From the IMG/VR virus record IMGVR_UViG_3300020187_003193: a DNA stretch of 64,000 bases. One strand, written 5' to 3'. Below, piece by piece: positions 1 through 9,618 of this stretch. This DNA is from a virus. The notes under the pieces were generated by a model that saw only the letters and a program-made list of their open reading frames with translations, was not told the origin of the DNA and did not search any database. The position numbers and the translations under genes were made by a program. Numbering within the stretch: position 1 is the first letter of the stretch; every line of letters begins with the position of its first letter.

Positions 1-1
1 A

Positions 2-1165
2 GTAAGTGAATCGTTCTGTGAAGATGGAACAGGTAGTGTTGCTCAAAGAAACTTAAACTTTTATACAAATGAACCTACAGGTTCCGAATGGGTAAAAGTA
101 TTATTACACTCTGGAAGTGAAACCCCTATACAACTAGATACATCTGGTAGTGCTACAGGAAGTTATTCTTGGAATTCAAATGATACTTTATATATAGATA
201 TTTATACCGGATCTAACGATGCCTTCTATTTAAGAAGAGAATTTAGTGGATCGAGCGACACACCAGGAGTACCAGCTAATATAACAGGAAGTGAAATTAC
301 CTCTTCCGTTATAATATCAGGTAGTGGTAGAATGGATAATTTTGAACAAAATTTAGATGTTTCTATAAACTTTGGATCAGGGTACAATTTAGCTTCATTA
401 CATTTAACTGCTAGTAAAGCGAATACAGAAGAATTAACTACAGATATAAACTTTAAATTTGATAAACAAATAGCATTATCTGTTATTAGAGATAATTTTA
501 CAGGAAGTGTATCAAACTTAATTACAACAGGTAGTTTTGGAAGTGGTTCAAACTTTATAGCTCGAAATGACGAATTTACTGATATTATATATGGTAATAC
601 AGGAAGTTTTATAGGTCCAAACAAATTATTATTTAGACCAACATACGCTTTTGGAAACATTATAAACACTATTTCAGGATCTAATGTAGAATATACTAGT
701 GGTTCAATTTGGAGTGGTTCAGTTTCAGCAAGTATATTTGGTGGAGAAAACGCACAATACTTTACTCAAAGAACAGATAAAGCATGGCTACTAACCGCTG
801 ATGTAGATCATATTAGTTTCTTAGAATCATATTCTTACACAGATCCTAATGTATACGAAGCATTAGATAATTTAACTCCTTACTCACATAGAGAATACAC
901 TATATATGCTGGTTATCAAAACCAACCAACAAAAGAATCATTATTGAGTATAATGATTATACATGAAGATGAAGAAGCTTCTTTAGCAACTACTTCTGGT
1001 ATGGGAGGTGGAGAAATTGCTTCACGTAAGTTAGAAAATCTAAATGATGTTAACAGAGTTTATTATTTATTCATGTCCCCTAGTGGCTCAATTACTCAAA
1101 ATGATTTTGATAATAGAGCAGTAGCAGTAGGTAAATACTTTATAGACAACGTAATATATGGCTAA
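2..1165 (+). CDS. Virion structural (baseplate/fibre-associated) protein, 5'-truncated by the window edge
   Basis: The frame of ORF 332..1165 is open back to position 2 with no stop codon, so it starts before the window. It is rich in SGS/TGS motifs like the other structural genes. Confidence 0.7.
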   Translation, partial: VSESFCEDGTGSVAQRNLNFYTNEPTGSEWVKVLLHSGSETPIQLDTSGSATGSYSWNSNDTLYIDIYTGSNDAFYLRREFSGSSDTPGVPANITGSEITSSVIISGSGRMDNFEQNLDVSINFGSGYNLASLHLTASKANTEELTTDINFKFDKQIALSVIRDNFTGSVSNLITTGSFGSGSNFIARNDEFTDIIYGNTGSFIGPNKLLFRPTYAFGNIINTISGSNVEYTSGSIWSGSVSASIFGGENAQYFTQRTDKAWLLTADVDHISFLESYSYTDPNVYEALDNLTPYSHREYTIYAGYQNQPTKESLLSIMIIHEDEEASLATTSGMGGGEIASRKLENLNDVNRVYYLFMSPSGSITQNDFDNRAVAVGKYFIDNVIYG

Positions 1166-2957
1166 TACTGGTTACAAAATAACCCCTTCAGTACGACAAT
1201 ACTTCACTTCTGGCCCCGATTCAGGTAGTGTAGTAAGCGCATCATTTGATGTTGACTTAACTAATGCACCTTTTTCCGCAAGTTTAAATGAAACAGATTA
1301 TTTCTATAGATCATATGATCCTATAACTTGTGAACCCGGTTTTGAGGATTGTATTGTACCTTTACTTACAAGCTTAACAACAGGTTCTCGTAGAGGAAGA
1401 TTTACAATAAGTTATGTTACTCAATCTTCATTTAACGATCCAATTAACATTACGGCTTCAGTTAGTAATAAACCCGATTTTTCTAATGCCGAAACATTTA
1501 CTAGTACTATAGGAAGCGTTATTCCAATTTCATCTTCCTTTATAAGTGGTACTATATATTTTAGAGCATTTACATCATGTAGCGGACCTGACCCATCACC
1601 TAACTCAGATCCATTATCCTTTACTTATGATCAGTTACCTCCACCATTAGAGGCAGGCAGTGTAAATGTTGTATTTACAAATACTTTATCTTCACCAATG
1701 GAGGTACTAATTCGTAGTACAAGAGGTAATGCTAATTATATTATAGCAGGAAAACAATCAATAACATACGATTATGGAACATCACCTGATCAAGGAGCTT
1801 GGAGTGCAACTGGAAAATCAGATGATTTAAATATAACAATAAAAGGTGGAGCACGTAGTACATATGGAAATTATGTACAACGTAGAACTACAGGAGTTTT
1901 AAAGGAAACTTATACCTCTGGAGGAGGATTTAACAGCCCTTTATCTATTTCTGAAAATAGTTCCACATTTGTTCCGGATAAAGGTGTTACTTTTAAAGTA
2001 CAACAGTTGGTTTTACCTATTAATAATACGGTAACAACTACTACTTTTAGCTTACTTCAAGTACCACCTCCACCACCACCTCCACCACCACCAGCACCAC
2101 CACCACCTCCACCACCACCAGGACCTTCCCCAGCTCCTCCCTATACACCCCAACCAAGAACAAAGTTTGGTTCAACACCTTATCCTTCACAAGATTCAGC
2201 ATGTGCAGATTCTAATGTGAATTTTAGGGAAAAGACATACTTTCAATTTGGTAATACTTTATATTTAAATAGAGCAGATGCTTTAGCCAGAACAGAGCCT
2301 GTATTTCCTTATACAACTAATTATATATTAACTAGTTTAACGGAATATTTAATTGTAAATAAAAACGGATATATTCAAAATTCTGGAGTGTGTATTTTAC
2401 CTCAAATAACAATATTTACTTACAATGGCGCTTATAGTACTCAAGAAGAAGCTTGTGCACGAAGTAAAACTAATTCTCCATTAAACACTACTTTTTCTAC
2501 AAAAGATAATAGATTAATTTCTAGAGTATCGGGACGTCTTTCAACCCCCCGACTTTCAGGCAGATATCCCTTATATGAAGGGACAGATGGAAGAGGAGGA
2601 CGTAACATACTTTTAAGCTCAGGTAACATTATTGGATATGAAACTTGTGGAAGCGAATTAACTGACGTATCTTATGGAAAGATAGGATGGCCTAATTCAA
2701 GATACCCTCTAAATGATCCATCTAATATTAGTCCTAGAAGTTTACAATTAGTTTGTAATAATAACGATTTTGAAACTTATTCATTAGGTCCATCCGGTAA
2801 AGTATATTATGGGTTTAATTATAAGGATGGTCAATACAAATACGTTACATTAGCATCCAGTAGATGGTATAAAACAACAGATGGAACTTTTGTTCAATTT
2901 GGAAGCGTATTTGGAGATCAAGGTGGTCTAATAGTAGCCACAACCGATCCTTGTTAA
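1158..2957 (+). CDS. Virion-associated protein with polyproline linker and Cys-bounded C-terminal modules
   Basis: 599-aa ORF overlapping the upstream stop; P10-A-P8 linker; three Cys-flanked modules after the linker. Confidence 0.75.
   Translation: MANTGYKITPSVRQYFTSGPDSGSVVSASFDVDLTNAPFSASLNETDYFYRSYDPITCEPGFEDCIVPLLTSLTTGSRRGRFTISYVTQSSFNDPINITASVSNKPDFSNAETFTSTIGSVIPISSSFISGTIYFRAFTSCSGPDPSPNSDPLSFTYDQLPPPLEAGSVNVVFTNTLSSPMEVLIRSTRGNANYIIAGKQSITYDYGTSPDQGAWSATGKSDDLNITIKGGARSTYGNYVQRRTTGVLKETYTSGGGFNSPLSISENSSTFVPDKGVTFKVQQLVLPINNTVTTTTFSLLQVPPPPPPPPPPAPPPPPPPPGPSPAPPYTPQPRTKFGSTPYPSQDSACADSNVNFREKTYFQFGNTLYLNRADALARTEPVFPYTTNYILTSLTEYLIVNKNGYIQNSGVCILPQITIFTYNGAYSTQEEACARSKTNSPLNTTFSTKDNRLISRVSGRLSTPRLSGRYPLYEGTDGRGGRNILLSSGNIIGYETCGSELTDVSYGKIGWPNSRYPLNDPSNISPRSLQLVCNNNDFETYSLGPSGKVYYGFNYKDGQYKYVTLASSRWYKTTDGTFVQFGSVFGDQGGLIVATTDPC
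2064..2141 (+). repeat. CCA/CCT trinucleotide repeat encoding polyproline
   Basis: Directly read: 10 Pro, Ala, 8 Pro, then GPSPAPP. Confidence 0.95.
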
Positions 2958-2967
2958 AAAATAAATT

Positions 2968-3267
2968 ATGGCAGTAACAATAGGACCAAACGAAATATCA
3001 TTCAGAAACAAGTATACGCTATACGAAAACGAAATAGTGTGTACTGTATCTGATGGTGAGTTCAATATGTCTCAAAACCCAACACTTCTAGCAGATAGCT
3101 CAGGTTCATTAAAGGACTTCGCTACTGGCTCAGATTTTAGACCTTACGTTACTACAATTGGGTTATACAACGACGCCAACGAGTTGCTACTTGTAGCCAA
3201 AATGGCACAACCCATTCCAATGTCCGATAACATGGACACAACATTCGTAATAAGATATGATCAATAA
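2968..3267 (+). CDS. Small baseplate/tail-associated protein
   Basis: 99 aa; C-terminal YVTTIGLYNDANELLLVAKMAQP motif typical of phage baseplate/fibre-attachment domains. Confidence 0.6.
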   Translation: MAVTIGPNEISFRNKYTLYENEIVCTVSDGEFNMSQNPTLLADSSGSLKDFATGSDFRPYVTTIGLYNDANELLLVAKMAQPIPMSDNMDTTFVIRYDQ

Positions 3268-3709
3268 TTACTGGACAGATTTGTCTGGGAAATTGTATAA
3301 TTCTTTAGAGGATTTCCCAGAAGGTACCTTTGGTTTTGTTTATAAAGTAAAAAACAAATCAAACGGTAAAATATATATAGGAAAAAAAGTACTATATTTC
3401 AATAGAAAGAAAAAATTAACTAAGAAAGAACTAGCCGAAATAACATCCCCAGGACGTAAACCAACTACTAAAACAGTACAATTGGAAAGCGACTGGATGG
3501 AATATTGGGGTTCTTCAAAAGAATTAATAGTTGACTTTAAAAACCAAAACGGTGAAAGCTTTGAAAGAAAGATACTAAAAGCGTGTCTAACTAAAAAAGA
3601 GTTAACATATTGGGAAATAGCATATCAACTTAAAGAAGATGTCTTACTTGTTGATAGTTACAACGACAATGTCTTAGGTAAATTTTACCGAAAAGACTTG
3701 GTATATTAA
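3257..3709 (+). CDS. GIY-YIG family endonuclease
   Basis: GFVYKVKNKSNGKIYIGKK motif, followed by YWGSS and a conserved Glu helix. Confidence 0.8.
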   Translation: MINNYWTDLSGKLYNSLEDFPEGTFGFVYKVKNKSNGKIYIGKKVLYFNRKKKLTKKELAEITSPGRKPTTKTVQLESDWMEYWGSSKELIVDFKNQNGESFERKILKACLTKKELTYWEIAYQLKEDVLLVDSYNDNVLGKFYRKDLVY

Positions 3710-3726
3710 ATAAAGGTTCATATATT
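3698..3726 (+). promoter_or_regulatory. sigma70-like (early/middle) promoter for primase
   Basis: TTGGTA-N17-TATATT directly upstream of ATG 3735. Confidence 0.65.
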
Positions 3727-3734
3727 TACCAATT

Positions 3735-4664
3735 ATGGTAAACAATGTTTTATTAGGGCTGGTTAATTCAATACTAGGGAGGGGTTCCGCTACGGCTAGA
3801 GGTAACCATTCTTACCATTGTCCCTTTTGTAATCATAAAAATCCAAAACTCGAGGTTAATCTTATACCAAATAAGAAAAACGAAAACCCTTGGCACTGTT
3901 GGGTTTGCGATACAAAAGGTAAAACATTACACACTTTATTTAAACGTTTAAAGGTAGCACCTGAAAAGTATGCTCAATTAAACGAAATACTAGGTACAAC
4001 AGTCAAATACGAAACGTTAGTACAAGACATTAAAGTTGAACTTCCTAAAGAATATAAGCCTCTATACAATATATCTAAATCGGATTTAACAGCACGTCAT
4101 GCGCTAGTATACTTGAAGAATCGCGGTTTAACTGCGATGGATATACTAAAATACAGAATTGGGTACTGCGAATCAGGTCGATTTGCTAACAAAATTATAG
4201 TACCTACATACAATTCAGAAGGTAACTTAGATTATTTTGTAGCACGTTCATTCGAGAAAGATCCATCTAGAAAGTACGATGCGCCTGTATCCGATAAGAA
4301 TATTATAGGATTTGAAGACATGATAAACTGGAATGTTCCTATCATACTATGTGAAGGGGCATTTGACGCTATAGCAATAAAACGAAATGCTATACCATTG
4401 TTTGGTAAAAATATTTCGGAAAAACTAATGAAAAAACTTGTTACAACTAGTGTAAATAAAGTATACCTAGCCTTAGATCAAGACGCTATCAAAGCGACTT
4501 ACAAAATAGCGGAAAAGCTACTCAAAGCAGGTAAAAAACTATTTGTAATAGAACTCGAGGACAAAGACCCATCCGATATGGGATTTGTCCACTTTACTAA
4601 TAAGGTCCAGGAAGCACAACCATTTACATTTCCAGACTTATTCAAACTTAAACTATCGTTATGA
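3735..4664 (+). CDS. dnaG: DNA primase (zinc finger + TOPRIM)
   Basis: CPFC...WHCWVC zinc-binding domain; LCEGAFDAI and LALDQDA TOPRIM motifs. Confidence 0.9.
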   Translation: MVNNVLLGLVNSILGRGSATARGNHSYHCPFCNHKNPKLEVNLIPNKKNENPWHCWVCDTKGKTLHTLFKRLKVAPEKYAQLNEILGTTVKYETLVQDIKVELPKEYKPLYNISKSDLTARHALVYLKNRGLTAMDILKYRIGYCESGRFANKIIVPTYNSEGNLDYFVARSFEKDPSRKYDAPVSDKNIIGFEDMINWNVPIILCEGAFDAIAIKRNAIPLFGKNISEKLMKKLVTTSVNKVYLALDQDAIKATYKIAEKLLKAGKKLFVIELEDKDPSDMGFVHFTNKVQEAQPFTFPDLFKLKLSL

Positions 4665-5425
4665 TATTAAGGAAAGCAATATTCCCTAAACAGGAATACA
4701 ATAAGAATTTTACCCAAATTACTACAAATGATTCTCGTTTTTACGAGGATGGAGACGTAACCTACCCATCAGTAACTTACGTTTTATCTTACTACCCAAA
4801 AGGAAAGTATTTTGAAGATTGGCTTAAAAAAGTAGGATATTCCGCAGACTACATTGTTAGAAAAGCAGCAGATGAAGGTACACAAGTACACAACTTAGCT
4901 GAACGTTACCTATTAGGTGAGGAAATCAAATTAATGAAAGACGGAAAACCCCAATACGACTTAGGAGTATGGAAAATGTTTTTACGTTTTGTAGATTTCT
5001 GGGAAACTAGTGGTGCTGAATTACTTGAAACCGAAATATTCTTATATTCAGAAACACTTAAAATAGCAGGTACTTGTGATATAGTATGTAAAATCGATGG
5101 TGAATTATGGGTTATAGATTTAAAAACATCTAACCATTTACAAACCACATACGATTTACAAACAGCCATTTACTCAAGATGTTTCGAAGAATGTTACGAG
5201 CAAAAAGTAGATCGTGTAGGTGTATTGTGGTTAAAATCAAAATCCAGAGGTGAAGACAAATCAGGTAAAAAATTAAAAGGTAAAAATTGGGAGATATACG
5301 AATCTTCTCGTTCAATAGACGAAAACCTAGAAATATATTCCCACGTACGCGCTTTGTTTGATATAGAAAACCCTGTATTAAAACCTTTATCTCACAAGTA
5401 TCGCACAGTAGCCAAAATGAAATGA
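4661..5425 (+). CDS. PD-(D/E)XK exonuclease (lambda-exo/Cas4-like fold)
   Basis: YPSVT, GTQVH, E..L, AGTCD and IDLKTS motifs, then Q...Y. Confidence 0.85.
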   Translation: MILRKAIFPKQEYNKNFTQITTNDSRFYEDGDVTYPSVTYVLSYYPKGKYFEDWLKKVGYSADYIVRKAADEGTQVHNLAERYLLGEEIKLMKDGKPQYDLGVWKMFLRFVDFWETSGAELLETEIFLYSETLKIAGTCDIVCKIDGELWVIDLKTSNHLQTTYDLQTAIYSRCFEECYEQKVDRVGVLWLKSKSRGEDKSGKKLKGKNWEIYESSRSIDENLEIYSHVRALFDIENPVLKPLSHKYRTVAKMK

Positions 5426-6096
5426 ATGTAATACCTTCAACTATATTAGATAATTTTTTAGATAATCCCCACGATATTAGAGATTGGGGATTGTCCTTAG
5501 AATACAAACCCGACCCCTATAATAAATGGCCGGGTAAGAGATCTCCCTTTTTACATTTAATAAATCCTGAATTACATAATTACTTAGGAAAAAAAGTAAT
5601 GAATTTATTTTTTGATACACCACCTCTAAATTGGAAGGCAACCATGGAATTCCAACTTATTTCTAATTTAGAAGGAACAGGATGGATACACCAAGACTAC
5701 GCTCAGTTTACATCCCTTTTATATCTTACCCCTGAAAGTGAAGTGAATTGTGGTAGTTCTCTTTATAAACTTAAAAAAGGAAAATATTATCCTTACACTT
5801 CTCCCCAAGAACAAGAAATAAATAATTTAAGACTTAACCATTATAAAACCCAAAAATTACCTAACAATATATCTGAGTTAAAAAATGAATATGAAGAAAC
5901 CACATATGAAAAGGTAATGGATGTTAAAGATAAGTACAATCGTTTATTTATGTTTTCATCTAATGAGTTTCATGCCGCTAATTATTATTCTCCTTCAAAT
6001 GGTGAAGATAGATTAACATTAGTTATGTTTTTTGAAGATATATTACACCCAAAGGGGTTGCCTGTTTTTAGATCTAAGCAAACTACTATGCTATAA
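5422..6096 (+). CDS. 2OG-Fe(II) oxygenase-like protein (DUF6445-like)
   Basis: WIHQD (HxD), LLYLTP, GSSLY, YNRLFMF and distal FHAA...R motifs. Confidence 0.75.
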   Translation: MNVIPSTILDNFLDNPHDIRDWGLSLEYKPDPYNKWPGKRSPFLHLINPELHNYLGKKVMNLFFDTPPLNWKATMEFQLISNLEGTGWIHQDYAQFTSLLYLTPESEVNCGSSLYKLKKGKYYPYTSPQEQEINNLRLNHYKTQKLPNNISELKNEYEETTYEKVMDVKDKYNRLFMFSSNEFHAANYYSPSNGEDRLTLVMFFEDILHPKGLPVFRSKQTTML

Positions 6097-6099
6097 ATG

Positions 6100-6131
6100 T
6101 TGGCTTCCTCACTTATTCTTCGTATATTTAT
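6100..6131 (+). promoter_or_regulatory. Dual promoter: sigma70-like plus overlapping ATATTTAT
   Basis: TTGGCT-N17-TATATT (6100-6128); ATATTTAT at 6124-6131. Confidence 0.65.
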
Positions 6132-6146
6132 ATGTAAAGTATAAGT

Positions 6147-6947
6147 ATGATCAAATTACGACATATAATCTTAGAGCAATCAACCAACCCGAAGGCTCTC
6201 ATTCTTGCTGGTTCTCCTGGAGCCGGCAAGTCTTCGTTTATCGAAGGTGTAAAAGATGCCATCATATTAAACGTTGACGATTACTACATGCGTAATCTAA
6301 AAGATTTAAATGTATCTTTAGATTTAAGAAACGCTAACGCAGAGGACAGAAGTAAAGCAGCTAAAGCAATGGCGGCAGCAAATGCTGAATTCCGACCTAT
6401 GACCCGTGAAATTATCTTAGGTAAAAAGAATTTTATCTTAGACGGTACAGCAGCATCAACAAAACCTACCTTAGCTTTAAAACAACAACTTGAAGAACTC
6501 GGATACGATGTACTAATGGTATATGTATTTGCTTCACTAGAAAAAGCATTAGATAGAAACGATACACGATTTGATCGCTCGGGTGGAAAAGACAGAAGTT
6601 TAGCACCTGCTATTGTACTTCGTACTTGGAACAATGTAACTCAAAATTTTGATTTGTATCAAAAAGAATTTGGAAACAATTTCGTTTCGGTTGTAAACGA
6701 TAAAGCATTGGAAAAAGGTGAACCTATGAGCTCACTAGAATCTCTAGTAGACAAATACATCACACCATACTCTCCAACAGATACAAAACCTAAAACGGAT
6801 AAAGAAAAAGCGAAATCTGCTGCCTCAAAAGCAGAACTCGAAAAACAAATAAACGACTTTGTAAATTCAAACAAAATAGAAGATATCAAAGCAAGTTCTG
6901 TATCTAAAGACGAGGCAAAATCTCGTGTAAATCAATTCTTCTCATGA
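6147..6947 (+). CDS. P-loop kinase (zeta-toxin/AAA_33-like) with capsid-targeting-like leader
   Basis: LAGSPGAGKS Walker A, LNVDD, ILDGT; N-terminus MIKLRHIILE. Confidence 0.8.
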   Translation: MIKLRHIILEQSTNPKALILAGSPGAGKSSFIEGVKDAIILNVDDYYMRNLKDLNVSLDLRNANAEDRSKAAKAMAAANAEFRPMTREIILGKKNFILDGTAASTKPTLALKQQLEELGYDVLMVYVFASLEKALDRNDTRFDRSGGKDRSLAPAIVLRTWNNVTQNFDLYQKEFGNNFVSVVNDKALEKGEPMSSLESLVDKYITPYSPTDTKPKTDKEKAKSAASKAELEKQINDFVNSNKIEDIKASSVSKDEAKSRVNQFFS

Positions 6948-8470
6948 ATCCAGAACAAATAGGTAAGCAAATAGCCGAACGTCTGCTTATGGAGAACTTT
7001 ACAGAAAAAGTATCTCTATACCCAGGAGCATTCAAACCACCCCACAGAGGACACGTTTCAATAGCACTAGATTCATTAGAAACAGATACAGACAAGCTGA
7101 TATTATTCATATCTACTAAAGCTAGGGAAGATGTCGAAGTAGAAGAAGCCCTTAAAGCATGGGAACTATACAAGGAAAGCACACCTGGTTTAGAGAGGAT
7201 GGAAATTGTGCCAACTCCTACTCCGGTTAAAGACGTATACGATTACGTTAAGAACAATCCTACCCATGATATAAAGGCTGTCTTCGGTAAAGGCGAAGAA
7301 GAACGCTACACTTCACTAGCTACAAAATACCCTAACGTTGAAATATTTAACGCAGGTACAGTTGGCAACTACTCAGCCACTGATTTACGTAAAGCAATAC
7401 GTGACAAAAACAAAGAAGTAATAGCTACATTTATTCCAGATGGGGTAAACATAGACGATTTTTTATCTATATTTCAAATACAAGAAAACCTAAACGAAAT
7501 TGGAGATTTATCCCAAGCCCCATATAAATGGTCTTATCTACCAGATAATAGTGATGCACTTAATAAAGAATATAGTTTTACAACAAAAGATTCTAAATAT
7601 ACTGTTGTATTCTATGGTAATGAAGAAGGAAATAATTGGGATTTAGAGTTCCTAGCATCCACAGGCATTGGAGGATCATCAACAAGAACTTTAACTGGTG
7701 GAAATGAACCATTTAAAATAATGTCTACCGTAGTAGATATAGTTAAAGATTTCCTTAAAAAAGCAGATACTCCTATAAAAACTATTTCTTACACCCCTAC
7801 TAAAGGTAAACGAGGAGAAGAAGATGCTAAAGATAACACACGAGCTAAATTATATAAAGCTGTTATCCAAAGACAATTCCCAAAAGCTAAAATATCTGGA
7901 GAAGACGATGTAACAATAGATGTATCTGCATATTCAGGTAATACAAATGAAGAAATTGTAGGTGAAAAAATTGTATGTGATAAATGTGGATGGAAATGGA
8001 AAATAGTAGATGGTGGAGACGATTTGTATATGTGTCATAAATGCGGACACAATAATACCCCACGTAAAAACTACCTACAAGAAGCTAGATACAAAAAATT
8101 CCTAAACGAAGGATGGGACAATTCAAAAGCTAAAGTCATAAACGACTTCTTAGCATATTGTGCCGACTATCTATCTATAACTAGACCTACCATTAAACTG
8201 GTAAATTCGCCAGAGTACACGCAAACCTACCATTCCTTTGGTGGATATATGCCTTCAGAACAAAAGATAATTACTGTTGTACATAACAGAAATATGGCAG
8301 ATATTTTACGTACATTGGCCCACGAAATGGTTCACCATATGCAAAATCTAGATGAACGTTTAACACCTAAATCAGGTGAAGACGGTTCACCAGATGAAAA
8401 CGAAGCAAATTCACTAGCGGGTGTTATAATGAGAGAGTTTGGTAGAAACAACCCACACATATATGAGTAA
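6944..8470 (+). CDS. Multidomain protein: HxGH nucleotidyltransferase + unknown domain + Zn ribbon + HExxH metallopeptidase-like domain
   Basis: YPGAFKPPHRGH; CDKC...CHKC; LAHEMVHHMQ; domains separated by LNE/LQE motifs. Confidence 0.8.
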   Translation: MNPEQIGKQIAERLLMENFTEKVSLYPGAFKPPHRGHVSIALDSLETDTDKLILFISTKAREDVEVEEALKAWELYKESTPGLERMEIVPTPTPVKDVYDYVKNNPTHDIKAVFGKGEEERYTSLATKYPNVEIFNAGTVGNYSATDLRKAIRDKNKEVIATFIPDGVNIDDFLSIFQIQENLNEIGDLSQAPYKWSYLPDNSDALNKEYSFTTKDSKYTVVFYGNEEGNNWDLEFLASTGIGGSSTRTLTGGNEPFKIMSTVVDIVKDFLKKADTPIKTISYTPTKGKRGEEDAKDNTRAKLYKAVIQRQFPKAKISGEDDVTIDVSAYSGNTNEEIVGEKIVCDKCGWKWKIVDGGDDLYMCHKCGHNNTPRKNYLQEARYKKFLNEGWDNSKAKVINDFLAYCADYLSITRPTIKLVNSPEYTQTYHSFGGYMPSEQKIITVVHNRNMADILRTLAHEMVHHMQNLDERLTPKSGEDGSPDENEANSLAGVIMREFGRNNPHIYE

Positions 8471-9008
8471 ATATAGTTTATATAATTTAATGATAGAGGA
8501 CATAAGGAAAGCATACAACGTTTACGTTGATATGGACGGGGTTTTAACAGATTTTGAAAGACGATTTGAACAATTTGCAGGTGTTACACCTGACGAATTC
8601 ATGTCTCAAAAAACAATCGAATTTGGTAAAGACAAAGCAAACGAACAATTTTGGGATTTAATAGACGAGCAAATTGGTGTTCGTTTTTGGGCAGGAATGC
8701 CATGGATGCCTGAAGGAGAAAAACTTTGGAAATATATTAAACCATTCAAACCAACCATTCTGACATCACCTTCCAGAAAGGAATCGTCTAAAATAGGTAA
8801 AGGTGTTTGGATTAAAAGAAACATGTCCGGTACACCATATAAATTTGGGTACAAAGCCTCTGGTAAAGCGAAATATGCTACACCAAATTCAATACTAATA
8901 GACGATAGAGAAGACAATATCGATGCTTGGAAAGCAGCAGGTGGTATTGGTATACTATTCAAATCAACAGAACAAGTTATAAACGAATTAGCAAAAATAG
9001 GGTTATGA
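8463..9008 (+). CDS. HAD-family 5'(3')-deoxyribonucleotidase-like phosphatase
   Basis: DMDGVLTDF motif I, ILTSP, ILIDDR; start moved to ATG 8463, which overlaps the upstream stop. Confidence 0.85.
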   Translation: MSKYSLYNLMIEDIRKAYNVYVDMDGVLTDFERRFEQFAGVTPDEFMSQKTIEFGKDKANEQFWDLIDEQIGVRFWAGMPWMPEGEKLWKYIKPFKPTILTSPSRKESSKIGKGVWIKRNMSGTPYKFGYKASGKAKYATPNSILIDDREDNIDAWKAAGGIGILFKSTEQVINELAKIGL

Positions 9009-9580
9009 GTGAAACTCAATTAAATAGAGAATTTGAGGAAAGAGATATTCAACGTATGCGAAATATCATCAGCGGAAATACTGCTGAAAGAACACGTGTA
9101 CAAGCTGGATACGAAAAACAAAATATAAAACATACAGAGGGTGACGTTTGGGAAGAAAGTGGTAAACAATGGACTATTAAAAACGGTATAAAACAAACCA
9201 TTACCAAACACGATAAAATCAGAGAACTCATTACAATGCCTCTTAAATGTCCATCGTGTGAAAAATCAATGAAACCAACCCCATTAAACAAGAAAATGTG
9301 GGGCGTACATAAAAAATGCTTCGATTGTGTTATCGAAATGGAAACACAATTAAAAATAGAAGGCAAGTACGAACAATACGCGAAAGATTTAATGAACGCA
9401 AATAAAGATGCTTTTGTTAAAGATTACGAGCAAGCAGTAGAAGAATATTCAAATGCTAAAGACGATACATTTATGTCTGAAGCTGGAGATATAGAAAATT
9501 GGAGTGCAAGTAAAGTAAATCCCGAGGTAATTAAAGCCCTCAAAGCAAACATCAAACAATTAAAAGAAACAGAGATATAA
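9005..9580 (+). CDS. Hypothetical protein with CxxC...CxxC zinc finger
   Basis: CPSC...KKCFDC; probable start ATG 9005 overlapping the upstream stop. Confidence 0.7.
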   Translation: MSETQLNREFEERDIQRMRNIISGNTAERTRVQAGYEKQNIKHTEGDVWEESGKQWTIKNGIKQTITKHDKIRELITMPLKCPSCEKSMKPTPLNKKMWGVHKKCFDCVIEMETQLKIEGKYEQYAKDLMNANKDAFVKDYEQAVEEYSNAKDDTFMSEAGDIENWSASKVNPEVIKALKANIKQLKETEI

Positions 9581-9589
9581 TATCTTTAT

Positions 9590-9597
9590 ATATTTAT
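9590..9597 (+). promoter_or_regulatory. ATATTTAT putative late promoter
   Basis: Intergenic motif upstream of ATG 9619. Confidence 0.6.
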
Positions 9598-9618
9598 CGT
9601 CATACAATCCAAAATAAA

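Noticed and set aside
226-669. Minus-strand 147-aa ORF and the other minus-strand ORFs in the track
   Set aside because: All lie antisense to well-supported plus-strand genes; no recognisable motifs, and promoters point to the plus strand.
3257-3709. GIY-YIG gene as an intron-encoded homing endonuclease
   Set aside because: It is free-standing between intact genes; no interrupted host gene or intron structure is visible.
6032-6277. Plus-strand alternate-frame ORFs 6032..6277, 12468..12749, 20342..20539 and 22881..23084
   Set aside because: They overlap established genes or promoters out of frame and have no supporting features.
8439-9004. Track start codons at 8439, 8927, 16853 and 59046
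   Set aside because: They create long overlaps; coupled starts at 8463 and 9005, TTG at 16928, and a frameshift fit better.
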